Below, one piece after another: positions 29,381 through 39,267 of a stretch of 64,000 nt of DNA (within the stretch, counting starts at the first letter, position 1; each line of letters opens with the position of its first letter). The translations under genes were made by a program, and so were the position numbers. This DNA comes from a virus. The stretch spans positions 1-64,000 of the IMG/VR virus record IMGVR_UViG_3300025096_000006; one strand, given 5' to 3'. The notes under the pieces are model-generated. The model did no database searches. It worked only from the letters and a program-made list of their open reading frames with translations, and had not been told where the DNA came from.

Positions 29381-29988
29381 TATTCAAAATCTCCTAAAAT
29401 ATCGTTTAAAACTCTATTAATCCTGTCTGCCTTGGTAAAGACTGTGTTGTTATAATTTTTTGCTTCTTGCATCATAAATGCATTTGGCGTTGATGGCTCT
29501 GATACAAAATCAAAACAAATTAGCTGAAAATCATCCTCGACCATAGTTTGCCCGGCGCTTTCTGTCACAGAGCCCATGCCACGAGAGGAAATGCCAAGTT
29601 TAACTCCAGAATCAACTAGGCTTTTAAGAACTTTTCCTGACGGTGTGTCGAGTACTTTTACTTTTCCCATAACGCTCTTATTGTCCCACCACACATCCGT
29701 CACAAGATGAGATGCATTTTTAAGATTAATAACGGAATCCTCTGGGTGGTCTAGTTCTCCTAGGGCTCGGCGTTCTTTTACGAGCTTCTGATAGTTTTTC
29801 ATTTCGCGCATCAGCACTCGATGCGGATATACCCTGCCATTGCCGTTTTGAATATCTGCTTCTTGAAGCTTGCCTGACAAGATCATGCCGCCGCTTGCCA
29901 CATATCTTTTTTCCTCTTCAGTCAAAAGATCTTGACAAACGCCACCTTCGCATAGTTCATAATATTCTCGTAAGAGCTTCTTACCCAT
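29380..29988 (-). CDS. Prohead core protease (T4 gp21-like)
   Basis: NGNGRVYP, ALGELDHP, NASH, LDTPSGKVL, GISSRGMGS, DFVSEPSTPNAF. Confidence 0.95.
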   Translation of the reverse strand: MGKKLLREYYELCEGGVCQDLLTEEEKRYVASGGMILSGKLQEADIQNGNGRVYPHRVLMREMKNYQKLVKERRALGELDHPEDSVINLKNASHLVTDVWWDNKSVMGKVKVLDTPSGKVLKSLVDSGVKLGISSRGMGSVTESAGQTMVEDDFQLICFDFVSEPSTPNAFMMQEAKNYNNTVFTKADRINRVLNDILGDFE

Positions 29989-29990
29989 AG

Positions 29991-30056
29991 CTAAGATCCT
30001 TTACAGCAACGGCGAACGGGCTGTAGCATCCATTTACTAGTCCAACTTGTGTTCAT
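29991..30056 (-). CDS. 21-aa peptide with Cys-Cys motif
   Basis: MNTSWTSKWMLQPVRRCCKGS*; GGAG SD 6 nt upstream; fills the gap between the membrane protein and the protease. Confidence 0.5.
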   Translation of the reverse strand: MNTSWTSKWMLQPVRRCCKGS

Positions 30057-30339
30057 GTTTTACTCCATCATCTCCGAAGAGCATTGTTAAAATATATGAT
30101 GTTCCTGAAGATATTCCTCCAAGTAAGAAGAAATTAAATACAGTTACATCAAAACTAAATAGTTCTGTAAACGGAGAAAGTAGCATTAAAAGCCACCCGA
30201 CGTGAAATCCCATACACATCGGGCAATTTGCTAATTCTCCGAGCTTGCCTTTCTTTGGTCTTAGCTTCGAAAAGACTTTACCATAGACAAGAATCTGTGT
30301 GAGCCCGTAGGCGCAAAGTATGAATGTCAATAACTCCAT
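30037..30339 (-). CDS. Small membrane protein with CxxC (DUF1360-like)
   Basis: Three hydrophobic segments and LANCPMCMGFHVGW. Confidence 0.65.
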   Translation of the reverse strand: MELLTFILCAYGLTQILVYGKVFSKLRPKKGKLGELANCPMCMGFHVGWLLMLLSPFTELFSFDVTVFNFFLLGGISSGTSYILTMLFGDDGVKHEHKLD

Positions 30340-30348
30340 TAGTGTTTC

Positions 30349-30891
30349 CTATTCAAAAGTATACATATATGACACCGAGTATGGATCTCTAATATAGTTC
30401 TGTTGCATGGAGCCTTGGTTAGCTGCCTGTGGAACTTCTCCCAATTCAGTAGAATCTGTCTTGTCTGGGTGTAGCAGCTCATCATCCTTCATAGAAATTA
30501 TAGCCTCAGTAGATTCGAAATATGGACGCTCTTCGTCAATAAATCTAGAAATATTAATGAGAGCCATCTTTGGTGCACTTAGATCTTCCGATATTGTCTC
30601 CTGCATAGTAGCCTCGATGGATCCGTAAAACGATCCGGCTTGGATAGAATCGGCGACAATTATGCCTTTCTTCTGCAATTCAGTAAACAATCTGTTTTGG
30701 GCGCCGTAAACTAAATCACTCATTGTATCTTTAGGGAAAGCAATGATTTTATTTTTTGCGGTGGACAAAACAATATCAACATCCGCGTGATCAAAAATCA
30801 TTAGATCGCCGCTCATACTCTTGCGAATATCCATCTCAAGACGGACAAAGGCATCATCAGCCCCTTTACCAATTCGAATTTTAATTGGCAT
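30349..30891 (-). CDS. Hypothetical protein
   Basis: ORF track entry; start moved to ATG 30891 (GAGG SD, overlaps the upstream stop). Confidence 0.7.
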   Translation of the reverse strand: MPIKIRIGKGADDAFVRLEMDIRKSMSGDLMIFDHADVDIVLSTAKNKIIAFPKDTMSDLVYGAQNRLFTELQKKGIIVADSIQAGSFYGSIEATMQETISEDLSAPKMALINISRFIDEERPYFESTEAIISMKDDELLHPDKTDSTELGEVPQAANQGSMQQNYIRDPYSVSYMYTFE

Positions 30892-31708
30892 CGCTATAAA
30901 TTTCCTCAACTAGTGATTGTGTCTTTAAAACAGTTAATAATATTTCATCATTAAAGTCTTGCTTTGCGAAGGTATTTAAGTGTTCAATAATTCTTTTGGC
31001 CTTATTGTGCATATCCGAATCGTTTTTAATCTCCTGCGTTTGCAAGGCTTCATTAAGCTTTAGTTTTAATCTTGAAATTTCTTCATTTAAAAAGACCTTC
31101 AACCCCAAAGCATTATCGGCAAAAGAAGAAATATAATGTGTAAGCAGCTCTTTCTGTTCGGATAACAGATTCTGCTCATATTTTTTATTAAACTTATCGA
31201 CGAATGCTCTATAAACAAGACCATCTACCAAATCAGTCGATACATGTCGTATATTAGACTTTTGCATGCTATCAACGATTCGGTTTTCTAAGATTACTAA
31301 TGACTTAGGAGAAGTTCTATCTGAAAATAATTGTCCAATTGTGGCAAGAGATTTGTAATTTGGCACAAAATTACCAAACACAGAAGACGATAATTGTTTA
31401 TTGATGTCGTGAATTAAGCTTGTTTGAGCATCGAAAACTGATTCAGGATTTATTAGTTTCTGTTGCAGCTTTGCTTCTTGTATAATTCTCTTTGATGTCT
31501 GCTTGTCTAGATTTTGCTCTTCATACAAAGAGCGATAGCATTCCAGATCTTTTCTCAAAATGCTGCCGGGCTTAAAGTATTTTTTAATTAGACTGGCTGC
31601 ATTGTTTTGTCTTTCAAGATCCTTTTTAAGAATAGCCACAGTTGCTTCTACTATTAAGGCTTCGTATACAAAGGCTGTGTTTCTCTTTTTATTGTGCTTT
31701 ATCTTCAT
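30881..31708 (-). CDS. Hypothetical head-module protein
   Basis: 275 aa (KHNKKRNTAFVYEAL, FVPNYKSLATI); directly downstream of the portal gene. Confidence 0.75.
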   Translation of the reverse strand: MKIKHNKKRNTAFVYEALIVEATVAILKKDLERQNNAASLIKKYFKPGSILRKDLECYRSLYEEQNLDKQTSKRIIQEAKLQQKLINPESVFDAQTSLIHDINKQLSSSVFGNFVPNYKSLATIGQLFSDRTSPKSLVILENRIVDSMQKSNIRHVSTDLVDGLVYRAFVDKFNKKYEQNLLSEQKELLTHYISSFADNALGLKVFLNEEISRLKLKLNEALQTQEIKNDSDMHNKAKRIIEHLNTFAKQDFNDEILLTVLKTQSLVEEIYSDAN

Positions 31709-33668
31709 TCTTTTGCTCCATTAATAAATTATTAGCCTCTAGTCCCTTAAGCAAGTTACGAAGAGAGTCGTTTATTTGAAATAGTCTATCTTCTTCTGTC
31801 TGCTCTCTTAAAGTATAATTAGATTCTTGTTTCTCATAAATACCTTTAGAAATCGAGGGTATCGTGTTAATTTCTCTTCCTGGATATAATGGTCGAGGAG
31901 AAGCGCCACGCATTTCATTGTCTCGCTTAGCGGCATAGTTCCTGGTTCTGGGTCCAGTAGACTTTCTTTTATCTACCTTTACAGGGGTATATTTTTCGCC
32001 GCGACCATATGTTCTTGTATTACGGGAGCCAGGAGGCACTGCAAGCAATGCAGAATCTTCACCACCGCCCTCGTCACCGCCGGCGTCGGGAGCCGGCATT
32101 TCTTCACCACCGCCGATGTCTCCTCCGAGGTCTCCTCCGAGGTCTCCTCCGAGATCACCACCAAGATCTCCTCCGAGATCATCGCCGCCTAAATCACCGC
32201 CGGCGCCACCTTCCGCAGCTGCGGCTTCTGCAACTGCCTGAAGTGCCGCGTCATGCTTGCGATCATAGTACATCTCGCGCTGATTGCGCATAAATTCTTC
32301 ATGAGACATTCCAAAGATATGTTCTGCGACCCAACGACGGGAGAAGAATCCTTCGGTTGCGCCACCAGCAATATCAAATTTAGACTTCCAATGTTCAATT
32401 TCTTGAAGTTCAGCAATCTTTGATGGATTATTTAACGCCAACTTAAATGCCAGCAAATCATCGCCTCTAAATCCTAGCGTGTAAAGATGGATAACTCCAA
32501 TTTTTGTAAGCTCAGCTACAACAACTCTTTGTAACCTTTGAATTGTTCTGGCGAACCTAAGATCTTTTTGTGCCAAGGTTGTTTTATCTTCTGCTGCTCC
32601 TTCACCCATTGCAAGGTAAGCTTGAGGTATCTTTAATGCAGAAAATAATTTATCGCGAAGATATTTAATATCATCAATCTGTGTCGTGTTTTGCCCACCA
32701 GCAAGATTGGTAATTTCCGTAGCAGAGCCAGGACGCACAGGAATAAAATAGTCTTCTTCGATAGACATTGGATTATATCGTAAATCAATTTGTCCGGTTG
32801 ATGCGTCTACAACTTGATGTCTTTTAAGCTGTGAGACAATCTTTTGCATATATTGCTCGACTTCGTTTGGAGGTATAGCGCCAACATCGATTTTAAACAA
32901 TCTTCTTTCAGAGGATCTAACAATCCTATATGCCATCATAGCGTCCTCCATTAAAACCAGCTGGCGCCAAATACGACGAGCAGGCTCAAGAATAGATGTG
33001 CCGTATGGAGCATACTTGTCATTGCCTAAAACACGAAAATGTGCAACTTGCCAATTTTCGAAAGTCATGCCGGCGCTGTTCCACTGATATTGGACGTAGT
33101 TAGGGTTGGTGGAATCTTGTCCCTCAAGCCTCTCAAGCTCAGAGGGAGGCAGCGCGATTACTGATTGTACGCCGTACTTTTCATCAATATCAAGATACAA
33201 AAAGAAGTCGCCATATTTAGACATCGTGCGACTCCAGCCAAAAAGATTGTACTGAACATTAAGAATGTTGTCAAAAAGGACCTCTAAAACTGCTCTAATC
33301 TCCTCATTAGGACATTTAACATTTAACATAGGGCTAAGACTTGAATGAGTTGTCATCTCGTCAGCGTAAATGTCTAACGTGGAGGCAATCTCGGGTGTAT
33401 ATTCCATCTGATCAAAATCAACATATCTTTCAACGCGCCTTTGATTGGCAATTGCATTTGTGGCAATTGTGTCCAAAGGATTGTAAAGTGCTTTTTTAAA
33501 CTGTTGACCTGAAGCTGATTTAAATCTAGTGCCAAATTTGTCTAAATGCTGTCTTCTGATCTTCCTTCCTGTCTGTGATCGATAATTAACTATTGGTCCG
33601 GAGAATAGTCTAGTTAATGCTTTGAATAAGCCTGATTGATCATTAGAAGGGTTTTTGTTTGGGGGCAT
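31689..33668 (-). CDS. Portal protein (T4 gp20-like)
   Basis: KYGDFFL, HFRVL, PYGTSILE, LMEDAMMAYRIVRSSERRLFKIDVG, EDYFIPVR, ALKIPQAYL; GGDL repeats in the C-terminal tail. Confidence 0.95.
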   Translation of the reverse strand: MPPNKNPSNDQSGLFKALTRLFSGPIVNYRSQTGRKIRRQHLDKFGTRFKSASGQQFKKALYNPLDTIATNAIANQRRVERYVDFDQMEYTPEIASTLDIYADEMTTHSSLSPMLNVKCPNEEIRAVLEVLFDNILNVQYNLFGWSRTMSKYGDFFLYLDIDEKYGVQSVIALPPSELERLEGQDSTNPNYVQYQWNSAGMTFENWQVAHFRVLGNDKYAPYGTSILEPARRIWRQLVLMEDAMMAYRIVRSSERRLFKIDVGAIPPNEVEQYMQKIVSQLKRHQVVDASTGQIDLRYNPMSIEEDYFIPVRPGSATEITNLAGGQNTTQIDDIKYLRDKLFSALKIPQAYLAMGEGAAEDKTTLAQKDLRFARTIQRLQRVVVAELTKIGVIHLYTLGFRGDDLLAFKLALNNPSKIAELQEIEHWKSKFDIAGGATEGFFSRRWVAEHIFGMSHEEFMRNQREMYYDRKHDAALQAVAEAAAAEGGAGGDLGGDDLGGDLGGDLGGDLGGDLGGDIGGGEEMPAPDAGGDEGGGEDSALLAVPPGSRNTRTYGRGEKYTPVKVDKRKSTGPRTRNYAAKRDNEMRGASPRPLYPGREINTIPSISKGIYEKQESNYTLREQTEEDRLFQINDSLRNLLKGLEANNLLMEQKNEDKAQ

Positions 33669-33676
33669 TTATTTTC

Positions 33677-35263
33677 TCACTTTATAATCCATTTATATTG
33701 TTCATACATTTTTTCTGCTTCAGTCATTTTATCAAAAATTTCATTGGTTTTGTAGCCATGCTGTCCTTTGATTTGTGTATTAATTTTTGTTCTAGAAGTA
33801 TAAATCGCGCCAACAAAAGCCTTTTGATAATTTAAATCTCGCGCGTTTGCTTGCAGTGCTGTATCTCTTACCCAGCACGCGATGGCTAGCGCCATAATCA
33901 AATCATCATTGTAGCCTTTCATTGCTTGCGGTTTGCCGTTCCTCCAAATAAAAGTCTTCATCTCGCTCACAGTGCGAGAAGAATATATGGTAATTAGTTT
34001 GTTTCTGACAAACTCCTCTAATTTAGCGACGATGAGGGGGCGCGTCTTCATAGAGGTCGTGAAGCCGGGCACTGCAGAATTCATTACTTCGGCTTGATGT
34101 TGCTCAATATATTCGTGCGTAGATTTAATCGAATGATAAACATTGGGATATTGGTAATCATCAATGAGTTTAGTGAGAACAGAATATCCGATGTTATTGT
34201 TTTCCACCACAAGCATACAATTACCGAACTCTTTACCGACACTGTTTAACATATTTGCAAACATATCCAATGTTGGTTTTCCTTGATACTCTCCCACCAC
34301 TTCAAGCGTTTCAAGTTTAACGATATGAAATGTAGAAAAATCGGTGGCGTCTCCGCGGGACACATCTGCAACTAAAAGATAATTGCAAGTTGGATCAAAC
34401 TCTTCCCATATCCAAAAGTTTCTATCAAAGCCAGTTCGATATTTCGGATCGCGAATGGTCGATAACATCCACTCCATACATTCGGGATCAATCACAGTCT
34501 CGCCAGATGTATTGAAGTTGCACTCAAGCTCTTGCGCAATCTGGCGCTTAGACATATTCTTGGTTTCTTTCTTATACCATTCCTGATTCCGATCTGGATG
34601 AACATTCCACGGCAAGGTGGTCAAATGAAAGTTGTTTGCTCCTGATTCTGAATCATTGCATGTTTTATGAAACCAGTTACCAACGCCGTTTGGTGTTGAC
34701 AGTGCAATGCAACGCCCACCAGTTGATAGCGTGGGATACAAACCGGTCCAAAGCTCCTCTAATCCTTCAATGTGGGCGGCCTCATCAAGCACTAAAAGCG
34801 ACAGGGCTTCTGAACGACCAGCATCGCCAGAAGTAGATGCCGCTTTAATTGAAGAGCCATTAGAAAGCTCAAACGAGGTGCGATTGTCAACACTTATTTG
34901 TGCAATTCTCAGCCAATCAGGAACATTGCGCATGATGTGCTTAACTTTCTTAACCAAGTTTCCCGCTGTAGCAAACTTTGTTGCCATAACAAGAATGGAT
35001 TTATCGCGATGAAATAACATCATCCACACAATATAGCCTGCAGTAATAGTTGAAATACCTAGCTGGCGAGCTTTTAAAATAACATTAAAGCGGTAATCAT
35101 TAAAATCTTTGAGAAGCTCATCTTGGAAGTCAAAAGTGTTAAAAAGAATAAGCCCGTGCATCGGATGAGATATTCTTGCATAAGTGTTAAGGAAGTAGGA
35201 GGGATCTTTTCCACACTTAAGTATCTCTTTTACTCTTTGTTGTTTGTCTAATTGGTAACTCAT
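33677..35263 (-). CDS. terL: Terminase large subunit (T4 gp17-like)
   Basis: Walker A KARQLGIST, Walker B LLVLDEAAH, STPNG, nuclease motifs VADVSRG and NDDLIMALA. Confidence 0.95.
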   Translation of the reverse strand: MSYQLDKQQRVKEILKCGKDPSYFLNTYARISHPMHGLILFNTFDFQDELLKDFNDYRFNVILKARQLGISTITAGYIVWMMLFHRDKSILVMATKFATAGNLVKKVKHIMRNVPDWLRIAQISVDNRTSFELSNGSSIKAASTSGDAGRSEALSLLVLDEAAHIEGLEELWTGLYPTLSTGGRCIALSTPNGVGNWFHKTCNDSESGANNFHLTTLPWNVHPDRNQEWYKKETKNMSKRQIAQELECNFNTSGETVIDPECMEWMLSTIRDPKYRTGFDRNFWIWEEFDPTCNYLLVADVSRGDATDFSTFHIVKLETLEVVGEYQGKPTLDMFANMLNSVGKEFGNCMLVVENNNIGYSVLTKLIDDYQYPNVYHSIKSTHEYIEQHQAEVMNSAVPGFTTSMKTRPLIVAKLEEFVRNKLITIYSSRTVSEMKTFIWRNGKPQAMKGYNDDLIMALAIACWVRDTALQANARDLNYQKAFVGAIYTSRTKINTQIKGQHGYKTNEIFDKMTEAEKMYEQYKWIIK

Positions 35264-35272
35264 TAATCATCT

Positions 35273-35686
35273 TTATTCAAACAGTTCTTCTAAAATTAGC
35301 CTATCATCTGAAGTGGGCAAGGACCAGTCATTTGTAAATCCGGTCCAGTCGATTTCGCATATATATTTTCTTTGACCCCGAAGAAGCGACTCTACCAATC
35401 TATGATACCCATCAACAACGAGAAACTTGTTTTCTTCTTTAATCCACACAACACTTAATGGTCGGTGGGATGATTTGCTTTTAATGCCTTCCGTAAAGTG
35501 ACGATAGGCTGCAAGGATTCCGTAATCAGAATTTCCTTTTTCTACAATCAAATCATTATAATGCAATTCGCAAACTTCAGGGATCTTATCAAAAAGATAT
35601 TTCTCAGATCTCTCTTCTGCCTGTTCTACAGTAAATCTAATTTCTTCTAAAATTAGCTGCCTTAACTTGGATTTAGTAAGGCGCAC
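35273..35686 (-). CDS. Leader-family protein with ParB/sulfiredoxin-like motif
   Basis: N-terminus MRLTKSKLRQLILEEI; PLSVV...FLVVDGYHRL is a ParB-N-type motif. Confidence 0.6.
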   Translation of the reverse strand: MRLTKSKLRQLILEEIRFTVEQAEERSEKYLFDKIPEVCELHYNDLIVEKGNSDYGILAAYRHFTEGIKSKSSHRPLSVVWIKEENKFLVVDGYHRLVESLLRGQRKYICEIDWTGFTNDWSLPTSDDRLILEELFE

Positions 35687-35689
35687 TTT

Positions 35690-36259
35690 TTAAGATTCCT
35701 TTTTGCGAGTATCGTTTTTTGGTCTCTTTCCTTTCCAGCCGCCTAATTCAACAAACTTTTTCCAAGCTGCTTCATGGCTAGCATGAACCGGATCTACATT
35801 TGCTTCGCCAACTAGTCCGACGCTATCTAATCCACCGATCTTATAGTGACACTTGGCTGTTACCCAGCTTCGAATTCTAGATGAGTTTTCAACCAAAACC
35901 TCTATTTCGCCTTCTTTTGTTAGGCTAACCGATTTACCGGTAATTCTACGATACTCTTTCTTTAAATAAGAAGCAATATCAGCAATTTTTTGCTCAATCT
36001 CGCCTTCAAAGCCGCTATCGTGCACCTCTTTAAGCTGCACTTCTGAATGATACTTAATACACATCATAGGTCCATAAAACGCAACCCCAAATCCATCTAG
36101 AACTCTTTTATCTAAGATAAGATCACCTTCTTCTCTCTTTAACCCAATCTCTAATAGTTCTCCATCTTCAGTATACGCGCCATCATATGCGTTGGCTGCA
36201 GCCTGAGCTAAACCACTTACGATATCTGAGACAGATGCTGCTTCTTGTTTTTTAGCCAT
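35690..36259 (-). CDS. Hypothetical protein
   Basis: 189-aa ORF tightly packed with its neighbours. Confidence 0.75.
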   Translation of the reverse strand: MAKKQEAASVSDIVSGLAQAAANAYDGAYTEDGELLEIGLKREEGDLILDKRVLDGFGVAFYGPMMCIKYHSEVQLKEVHDSGFEGEIEQKIADIASYLKKEYRRITGKSVSLTKEGEIEVLVENSSRIRSWVTAKCHYKIGGLDSVGLVGEANVDPVHASHEAAWKKFVELGGWKGKRPKNDTRKKES

Positions 36260-36648
36260 TATGACTCTTCTCCTTCATTTGGTCTCCATCCTTTTTGCCA
36301 TCTTTCTTCTCTGCCTTCGACAAATTGAATGTAACACTTATTGCAACAATCAAACTTGACTAAGCAAACATCATCCATAGAACTCTTTGGGAAGAACCCG
36401 CAGACAGGACAACATTTTAAAGATTCTCTATTAAGTAGTTTTTTTGAGATCTTAATACCATTAACATCTACTTTTTCTTGCCACTCGCCAATCTTGTTTT
36501 GTTTTTTGTAAAATTGTTTAGATTGCTTGAGATATTCTTTTTCCTTCGTCTCGTCCCAGTTTCCTTTAGGGTTTTGAACCGCTTCTTTGCCATACTTTTC
36601 TACAATAGCTTTTTCAATTGCTGCAATCTTGTTGAAATCTTTACTCAT
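36259..36648 (-). CDS. Hypothetical Zn-finger protein
   Basis: CPVC...CCNKC; start probably ATG 36648 (MSKDFN), overlapping the upstream gene end. Confidence 0.65.
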   Translation of the reverse strand: MSKDFNKIAAIEKAIVEKYGKEAVQNPKGNWDETKEKEYLKQSKQFYKKQNKIGEWQEKVDVNGIKISKKLLNRESLKCCPVCGFFPKSSMDDVCLVKFDCCNKCYIQFVEGREERWQKGWRPNEGEES

Positions 36649-37057
36649 CAAATGCCCTATATGCGCCATAAGTCGCAGCTGCGCCGGCGGCTATACCGCC
36701 AACAAACCACCACCACTTATTAGAAGGCGCTTGTTTCAACATTGCTTCTTGCAGGGCGACAATTTCAATGTCTTTCTGCTCGATCCGCAAATCATATTCT
36801 TTAGTAAGCGCGTCCAATCGAATCTGAAAATTTTGTCGCTCAAGCTGAAACTCAGTTGCCTGAACATCGATCCGATACTCTACTTCTAAATCGCAATCCA
36901 TCCGATATTCTTCAGGAAGCACCAATAATTCTGCGATACCACGCTTGTTAAACAAAACACCCTCAAAGGGTGCTGGCTCATTCTCTCCAAGAATGGCAAA
37001 TTGCGGAGGCTCACCAGCGTGAGCCACCATCGAAAATAATAGCGCTTTAAGGAACAT
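36641..37057 (-). CDS. Secreted/membrane coiled-coil protein (possible spanin component)
   Basis: Signal-peptide-like N-terminus ending AHA, coiled coil, C-terminal hydrophobic WWWFVGGIAAGAAATY. Confidence 0.45.
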   Translation of the reverse strand: MFLKALLFSMVAHAGEPPQFAILGENEPAPFEGVLFNKRGIAELLVLPEEYRMDCDLEVEYRIDVQATEFQLERQNFQIRLDALTKEYDLRIEQKDIEIVALQEAMLKQAPSNKWWWFVGGIAAGAAATYGAYRAFDE

Positions 37058-37460
37058 ACTGGAATCCGAATGTATCTGTTACTTGTTCTGCGAGTTCTTC
37101 TTTGTTTTCTGTGAACTGTCTGCGGTTGTCGATCGTTGTTTCAATTTCAACAATTCGTTCTTCAACCACCACTTCAATCTCATCTCTGTCTTGCTCATAT
37201 TGCCTCTCCAATAATTCTAGTGCATCACGATAGGTTTGCAATGCTTGTTCTTTTCTTTGTAATTCTTCTGCATGTATATCTTGTAAACCGTCGATCTGGT
37301 TCTGAAGAGACTGCTGGCTAGTTTGATAGGTGTTCTCAAGTTGTTTATAATCATAGCGCATTTTTCCAATAACTGTAAGCAAAAGAATAACAATTGTTAT
37401 TTCTTTCCAGTTTTTCTTTGCGACGTAAACAACTTTAAGCCAGTCAACTTTAATCATCAA
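37047..37460 (-). CDS. Putative inner-membrane spanin (Rz-like)
   Basis: N-terminal TM (ITIVILLLTVIG) then a long coiled coil; directly after the holin-like gene. Confidence 0.5.
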   Translation of the reverse strand: MMIKVDWLKVVYVAKKNWKEITIVILLLTVIGKMRYDYKQLENTYQTSQQSLQNQIDGLQDIHAEELQRKEQALQTYRDALELLERQYEQDRDEIEVVVEERIVEIETTIDNRRQFTENKEELAEQVTDTFGFQYVP

Positions 37461-37651
37461 ACACCTTTCATTCTAGCAATACCATCGATAACAGCTTGAC
37501 CGCCAATGTAGATTGCAGAGATCATAACCCAATCGCTGGATGCTAAATCATAAAATGCGAATAGACCTGTAGCTGTTAGCCAAACCATAAATTTACGAGA
37601 AATTGCTTTCTCAACTAATCTATCTAATTTTCCTTGTACATAAACCATCAT
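37457..37651 (-). CDS. Putative holin
   Basis: About 64 aa from ATG 37651 (AAGGA SD; MM dual ATG); SRKF motif followed by two hydrophobic segments. Confidence 0.55.
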   Translation of the reverse strand: MMVYVQGKLDRLVEKAISRKFMVWLTATGLFAFYDLASSDWVMISAIYIGGQAVIDGIARMKGV

Positions 37652-37704
37652 TTGTTTTTCCTTTCTTGTAAATAGTTTTTTATTTCTTCCTTGGATTTGG
37701 ATCT

Positions 37705-38805
37705 TCACGGATCCGTAAGCGGGAATCCGCCGCCTGTAGCAGCATATGCGGCTCGTCGCTCTTCTGGAGTTGGGTGGCGCGCGTTGCCGCCAGGACCGCC
37801 TAAGCCGCCGCCGGCGGGACGTGGACCGGCATCGTGTTGTTGAATATTGCCTGTAGTATTTAAATAATTGTAGAAGGCAGCTAGCGCATCCAATATTGTT
37901 TCTTCCTCGTCATTATCTGCCTGAATTGTTTCCATAGCGCTGCGAAGATCTCCTTTGTATTGGCGCCACATATTTTCCAGTTGTTTAATTTGACTAGTCG
38001 TGCGTCTCATTGGATTGGTAATTACGCCATCAACACCCGTCATAGCTTGCTGGCGCAACTCGGCGGGGTCAACATAGTCACCGGCTTCAAACTCTTTCAC
38101 AGTTTCCTTGGCATCCCATGCATCCTCGCGCGTCACAGTAGGATCGCCAGGATCAGCCTCAAGTTTTGCCATAATCTCACGGGCACGGTCGATACTCATG
38201 CCGCGGACTTCGTTTAAAAGTTCGGTACGCATATGTTGCTCAATTAGATAAAGATAATATTCTTCTTGAACAATGTTCTCAGCCACTTGCACATCTTCGG
38301 GATGAGGATCCATTTTTTTCAGCTGAATGGCCATGTTGATAATATCTTCTTGAGAATATCCAGCCTTCAACAAGGCTATTAACATTTTTTCAATTTCATA
38401 GCTCATGTCTCCAATCTGTGCGCGCATTGCCGCGATCTGCCTATCGGGAGCTAGACCTTCCGAAAATTCCCCGTGACCTTCATTAAGCATTTTATTAATT
38501 TCTTCCTTAATAATCTCGGTTAACTCAGCTAAGCTCTCTTTAAATCCCATCACGGGGCGATCGCCTTCGCCGCCTCCAGGCTGATACTCTGTGGGGAACT
38601 CTTCTTCTTCTGGCTCGGGGCTGGGCTCTGAGACATCAGCGTCATACATTTCATCATACACCGCGCCCATAATGTCGCCGGTCACATTTGGTGGAGTGCC
38701 CTGCAGTAGTGCAACAATAGTACGCTGGGCATCTTCGGCGCTCACCTCCTCTTTGATAACTTCCTCGGCTATAATCTCACGTAATCTTTTAAGGGTAATT
38801 TTCAT
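37705..38805 (-). CDS. Leader-family acidic protein
   Basis: Starts MKITLKRLREIIAEE; internal echoes LTEIIKEEINKMLNE and NIVQEE. Confidence 0.75.
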   Translation of the reverse strand: MKITLKRLREIIAEEVIKEEVSAEDAQRTIVALLQGTPPNVTGDIMGAVYDEMYDADVSEPSPEPEEEEFPTEYQPGGGEGDRPVMGFKESLAELTEIIKEEINKMLNEGHGEFSEGLAPDRQIAAMRAQIGDMSYEIEKMLIALLKAGYSQEDIINMAIQLKKMDPHPEDVQVAENIVQEEYYLYLIEQHMRTELLNEVRGMSIDRAREIMAKLEADPGDPTVTREDAWDAKETVKEFEAGDYVDPAELRQQAMTGVDGVITNPMRRTTSQIKQLENMWRQYKGDLRSAMETIQADNDEEETILDALAAFYNYLNTTGNIQQHDAGPRPAGGGLGGPGGNARHPTPEERRAAYAATGGGFPLTDP

Positions 38806-38806
38806 C

Positions 38807-39037
38807 TTAGTATTTTGCCTGTATTAATTCTGCCACAATACTAGCTAATGCCTCTGGTCCCAAGCCAGAATCTCCAGTAAGGGCTTCAATCTGAGTTCTA
38901 ATATCCTTGGCTAAGGACTGGGCTGCAGCCGGAATTTCTTTTACAGCTTGCATAACTTTTTCGCCCTCTTCTTCTTCTTTAAGTGCCTTAAGTTCTTCTT
39001 TAATAATTTGTTTAAGCTGTGTTTTTGTTATTTTCAT
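38807..39037 (-). CDS. Leader-family small protein
   Basis: True start ATG 39037 (TAATG overlap): MKITKTQLKQIIKEE. Confidence 0.75.
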   Translation of the reverse strand: MKITKTQLKQIIKEELKALKEEEEGEKVMQAVKEIPAAAQSLAKDIRTQIEALTGDSGLGPEALASIVAELIQAKY

Positions 39038-39267
39038 TATTTGCATCCTTCTGGTAAATGTGATTTTAGCGTCTCTTTGTAAGTATTTAGTGGCGGCTGT
39101 TCCCATTCAATATGTGGGCAATAATCTTTATGATCTTGTTTGTCTTGTAAGTATAGCTCTAATGCTAAAGCATCTCGCTCCATATCATTTAAATCTGATT
39201 TTAATTTATCTATATCAATCGGCAGCACAACAGCAGCAAATAAGATACCCGCAAGAATAACTTTCAT
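39037..39267 (-). CDS. Small secreted/membrane hypothetical protein
   Basis: N-terminal hydrophobic stretch MKVILAGILFAAVVLP; two Cys. Confidence 0.65.
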   Translation of the reverse strand: MKVILAGILFAAVVLPIDIDKLKSDLNDMERDALALELYLQDKQDHKDYCPHIEWEQPPLNTYKETLKSHLPEGCK

